Below, one piece after another: positions 30,671 to 33,169 of a stretch of 33,169 nucleotides of DNA (position 1 is the first letter of the stretch; every line of letters starts with the position of its first letter). Source of the DNA: Bryobacterales bacterium (GTDB lineage: Bacteria; Acidobacteriota; Terriglobia; Bryobacterales; Bryobacteraceae); assembly GCA_038210135.1 (NCBI GenBank), contig JBBQWZ010000056.1, positions 1 through 33,169 of the forward strand, given 5' to 3'. The position numbers were made by a program, and so were the translations under genes. Below the pieces are notes generated by a model, which searched no databases, was not told the DNA's origin, and worked only from the letters and a program-made list of their open reading frames with translations.

Positions 30671-30678
30671 GAGGAGCG

Positions 30679-30735
30679 TTCCGCTTCCGACGCGCTCCTA
30701 GCGGAGCGTTTTGGGCGCGGCCCGGATTTGTGTGG
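30679..30735. repeat. 57-bp direct repeat, copy 2 (contains hairpin GCGCTCC-TAGC-GGAGCGC)
   Basis: 54/57 identical to 30508..30564, 171 bp downstream of copy 1. Confidence 0.8.
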
Positions 30736-30780
30736 GGAGATTGTGATGTGTCTGCCGAGGGTTAGGGTCCGCTCCCTCAC

Positions 30781-30911
30781 GGTCGCGGTTCGGTGCTGGA
30801 ATCAAGTCCCGTCGCACGGTCGGGGTACTGTGCTGGAATCGAGGCGCGGCCCTTCGGTCGGGGTATTTTGCTGAAATCGAGTCCCGTCGCTGACGCTCCG
30901 GGTTCAATCCG
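30781..30911. repeat. three degenerate tandem about 38-bp units (GGTCG(C/G)GGT..TGCTGGAATC(A/G)AG...) running into 34-bp direct repeat copy 2 (30878..30911)
   Basis: Units at 30781-30817, 30818-30855, 30856-30894. Units 1 and 3 share GCTG(G/A)AATC(A/G)AGTCCCGTCGC with the 34-bp repeat family. Confidence 0.65.
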
Positions 30912-31200
30912 GTTTGTTGGGTGGGGGAAGGAATGGATTGGAGGAAAAGCGGACGGCCAACCGGTAGCAGGTCTTTGTTTTGCGCCGCCAAACGCATTGC
31001 ATCGACCTGCCGGAAGCGGTAAGGAAGCCGCTTCGCCCGGATGCGATTTCTGGTAGCTCGCGGATCCCGCCAAAGATCCGCGCGCTGGTAGAAATCGCTC
31101 CTCAGTTGGTTGGCCAACCGGTGAGCAAGCTCCTCGGCGTTTACCAGACGCAAACGAGCTGCTCTCGAAGATCGCCGCAGCGCACTCCGCGACGACCTCG

Positions 31201-31228
31201 ATGGAGGTCCTCCCATGGGAGGTTCCAT
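31201..31228. repeat. 28-bp near-palindrome ATGGAGGTCCTCCCATGGGAGGTTCCAT with perfect 14-bp core CCTCCCATGGGAGG (31209..31222)
   Basis: Reverse-complement identity of the core checked by hand. Confidence 0.7.
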
Positions 31229-31534
31229 ACGGGAAGAAGCCGCGCCGCCATCCCTAGCTTTGCGGCCCTCCCCGGACACAGTCGATCCGCCCGGCGCTTT
31301 CGCGTGCCGCGCGTTTCTTCTGACGCCCTGATGGAACCACACCGGTCGCGCGCTGCCGTGTGTCCGCTTGAATAAACCGCTGATAATAGAGCAAGAATAA
31401 GCCAGAAAATCGCGGCACCGTATTTTTGGACGCGGAAAATCGCCGGGAAACCGCCATGCTTGAAAATGGGCGGTTGGTTTTCGGGGGCGCTTATCGCGGC
31501 GCACTTTCGTGCTGCTCGTGCGCGTTGATTTGGT

Positions 31535-31586
31535 GCACAGGCCGGAGGCCTATGCCACGATCCACAGGCCGGAGGCCTATGCTACG
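31535..31586. repeat. tandem duplication of a 27-bp unit, 25-nt core CACAGGCCGGAGGCCTATGC(C/T)ACGA; each unit holds a small hairpin AGGCC-GGA-GGCCT
   Basis: Two copies at 27-bp period, starting at 31535 and 31562, immediately 3' of the 31597..32988 gene. Confidence 0.7.
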
Positions 31587-31596
31587 AGGACGGTGG

Positions 31597-32988
31597 CTAC
31601 TGGACCGAGTGGAGGCCGCTTAGGAATTCGATCAGCTCGGCTTCGACTCCGGCAAATTGAGATTGGCCGCTGTAGGTGAGGACCTGGACGGTTCCGCCGT
31701 CGCCTCCGTAATAATGGCCGAAGTAGTAGACCGGGATTCCGTTGACGTTGGCGCTCATCTTCTGCCGCCAGATGGTCAAGCCGTTGACGGTGAGTTTTTC
31801 GCGTGAGAGGACCTTGGCATTTGGGTCGGCGGCCTTCGCATTGGTCAGCGCGATGTCGGGGAGGTTGTCGAGCGGCACGGAAAGGCCTTCGTAAATCACT
31901 AGCGCATAGCCATCGCCCGAGCCGAGCGTGAACGAGAAGCGGCCGGGTTCGGACTCCTTGGTCTGTTTCCACTTTTTGCTGTTATAGGCGACGGCCAGTT
32001 TGCTGCCGAGCTTGAGTTCCGACACGGTGGAACGCAGCGGCGGATCGGGCAGGGCCTGGTCGCGGACTTCTAGTCCGTTCAGCAGTTCGGTGAACCGGTC
32101 GAGGTTTTCGGCGAACGAACTTTTTAGCGTGAAGCAGACGATCTGGATTGCTCCGCTGGTCCCGCCGTAATAATAGCCGTAGTAAATGATTGGGAGATTG
32201 TTGACGACGGCATCCATCTGAAGCACGGCGACGCGCCGTCCATTGACCATGCGCTCTTCTTCAAGGATCACCTTGGCGTTCAGGTCCTGTTTCCGGATGT
32301 TATCGATCGCAATCTGCCGTAGCGACGCTTTTGGGATGGGTGCTTTCTCGGTGAGGATCTTTGCGTAGGCGTCACCGCCGCGGCTTTCGAATTGCAGAAC
32401 GGTCGGCTCGTCTTTGAGCGGGCTCTCTTTCCATTTGGACGTGTCGACCCAAATGGAGAAATCGCCGAAGCTGGTCTTCTTCTCCATCTTCGCGTTCGGA
32501 TTCCGTTTGTGCGTGCTGGCGATGGGAGGCTCCGGTTGCGAAGGCGCCGCGCTCGCGTCCATACCGGAAGGCGCGCCTGAGACGGCGGACAGCATGCGAA
32601 CGAAATTGGCGACGAAGGTGTCGAGCGCGGCGGGTGTGACACCGCCCTTGAGATCGATTGCGGATTGCAGGCGCGCGGAACCGTCCGAAGAAATCACGAT
32701 CTTTGCGAGCGGGTTATTGAGGTTCCACTCATTCGCCGCCGGGAGCGTCATGCGGGCGGTCAGGGCGGCAAACAGGTTGAGCGTGGTGCCAGACTTTCCG
32801 GCGATCACCGTCGAACCGCCAGCGGCAAATTGAAGGGAGTCGCCGGCCAACTGCGGCTGGTAGCCGAGCGAAGTCAGGCCGCCGGCAAGCTGATCCCTGG
32901 TGAGGTCGGCGAGGATGGCAGGCGCCTGTGCGACGGCGCACGCGGCGGCCAGAATGCTCAAAGCGAGCAGGCGGCGTAGAGTTTTCAT
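31597..32988 (-). CDS. hypothetical secreted protein (463 aa): possible YbjN-like N-terminal domain, then two copies of an about 140-aa beta-rich domain
   Basis: Start at internal Met gives signal peptide MKTLRRLLALSILAAACAVAQA. Residues about 30-180 carry ANEWN..., SSDG...IDLKGGVT, reminiscent of the YbjN family. Internal duplication is marked by ...IIYYGYYYGGTSGAIQIVCFTLKSSF...LNGLEV and ...VYYFGHYYGGDGGTVQVLTYSGQSQF...LSGLHSV. Confidence 0.55.
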   Translation of the reverse strand: MKTLRRLLALSILAAACAVAQAPAILADLTRDQLAGGLTSLGYQPQLAGDSLQFAAGGSTVIAGKSGTTLNLFAALTARMTLPAANEWNLNNPLAKIVISSDGSARLQSAIDLKGGVTPAALDTFVANFVRMLSAVSGAPSGMDASAAPSQPEPPIASTHKRNPNAKMEKKTSFGDFSIWVDTSKWKESPLKDEPTVLQFESRGGDAYAKILTEKAPIPKASLRQIAIDNIRKQDLNAKVILEEERMVNGRRVAVLQMDAVVNNLPIIYYGYYYGGTSGAIQIVCFTLKSSFAENLDRFTELLNGLEVRDQALPDPPLRSTVSELKLGSKLAVAYNSKKWKQTKESEPGRFSFTLGSGDGYALVIYEGLSVPLDNLPDIALTNAKAADPNAKVLSREKLTVNGLTIWRQKMSANVNGIPVYYFGHYYGGDGGTVQVLTYSGQSQFAGVEAELIEFLSGLHSVQ

Positions 32989-33169
32989 AGATCGAAATGA
33001 GGATAGCAGGCTTATGCGCGGAGTGAGCGAACACTCTTGTCTCACGCAAGATGAGCCTGAAGGTGGGGATGGATTCTCACGCAAGATGAGCCTGGAGAGG
33101 GGATGGATCGGGATGCTGGGGATTGGTCATCAGCATGGACGATACGGAAGCGGGGAGCCTGGAGCAGAT

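Noticed and set aside
30400-30915. Possible CRISPR array
   Set aside because: Repeats belong to several unrelated families with different lengths (57, 34, about 38 bp) and irregular spacing. No uniform repeat-spacer periodicity and no cas genes nearby.
30329-31504. ORFs of 181 aa (+), 114 aa (-) and 268 aa (-) spanning the repeat region
   Set aside because: Translations are Arg/Pro/Ser-rich with no domain signal. They cross the direct and tandem repeats, so the DNA is better explained as non-coding repeat DNA. A weak resemblance in 30940-31250 (minus strand) to nothing I can name was not enough to call a gene.

Overview
High-GC window (about 60-65% GC) that looks like an ordinary chromosomal region of an Acidobacteria-type genome. 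The evidence for that placement is a TonB-dependent receptor with an N-terminal carboxypeptidase-regulatory-like domain, two VWFA-related Acidobacterial-domain proteins, and a BlaI/BlaR1/TIGR03435-like cassette. Gene content in order: a minus-strand operon of NUDIX hydrolase, PolX, a small secreted protein and a CDF transporter; a divergent creatininase-family gene; a long leader with a terminator, an inverted repeat and a promoter-like site ahead of clpB; lon directly after clpB; a frameshifted nucleotidyltransferase pseudogene; an M19 dipeptidase; tmRNA (ssrA) followed 8 nt later by a hicB-hicA toxin-antitoxin pair; a long co-directional minus-strand block (MBL hydrolase, blaI, sensor-less blaR1, TIGR03435-like protein, TonB-dependent receptor, two VWA proteins); three overlapping hypothetical genes plus a PfkB kinase; a flotillin-like SPFH protein; Mini-RNase III; an orphan receiver-domain response regulator next to a nonsense-truncated histidine-kinase C-terminal remnant and tRNA-Leu(CAG); an LMW phosphotyrosine phosphatase; a repeat-rich non-coding stretch of about 1.2 kb; and a secreted protein with an internal duplication. 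I found no CRISPR array, rRNA, integrase or transposase. Many long ORFs on the strand opposite real genes (for example 2739..3863, 6233..7087, 8481..9779, 14133..15242, 27538..28236, 30698..31504) are high-GC artefacts. The most interesting loci are the ssrA-hicBA junction, the tRNA-Leu locus with its decayed two-component system and adjacent repeat array, the BlaI/BlaR1/TIGR03435 module sitting in front of an outer-membrane uptake cluster, and the structured leader in front of clpB.
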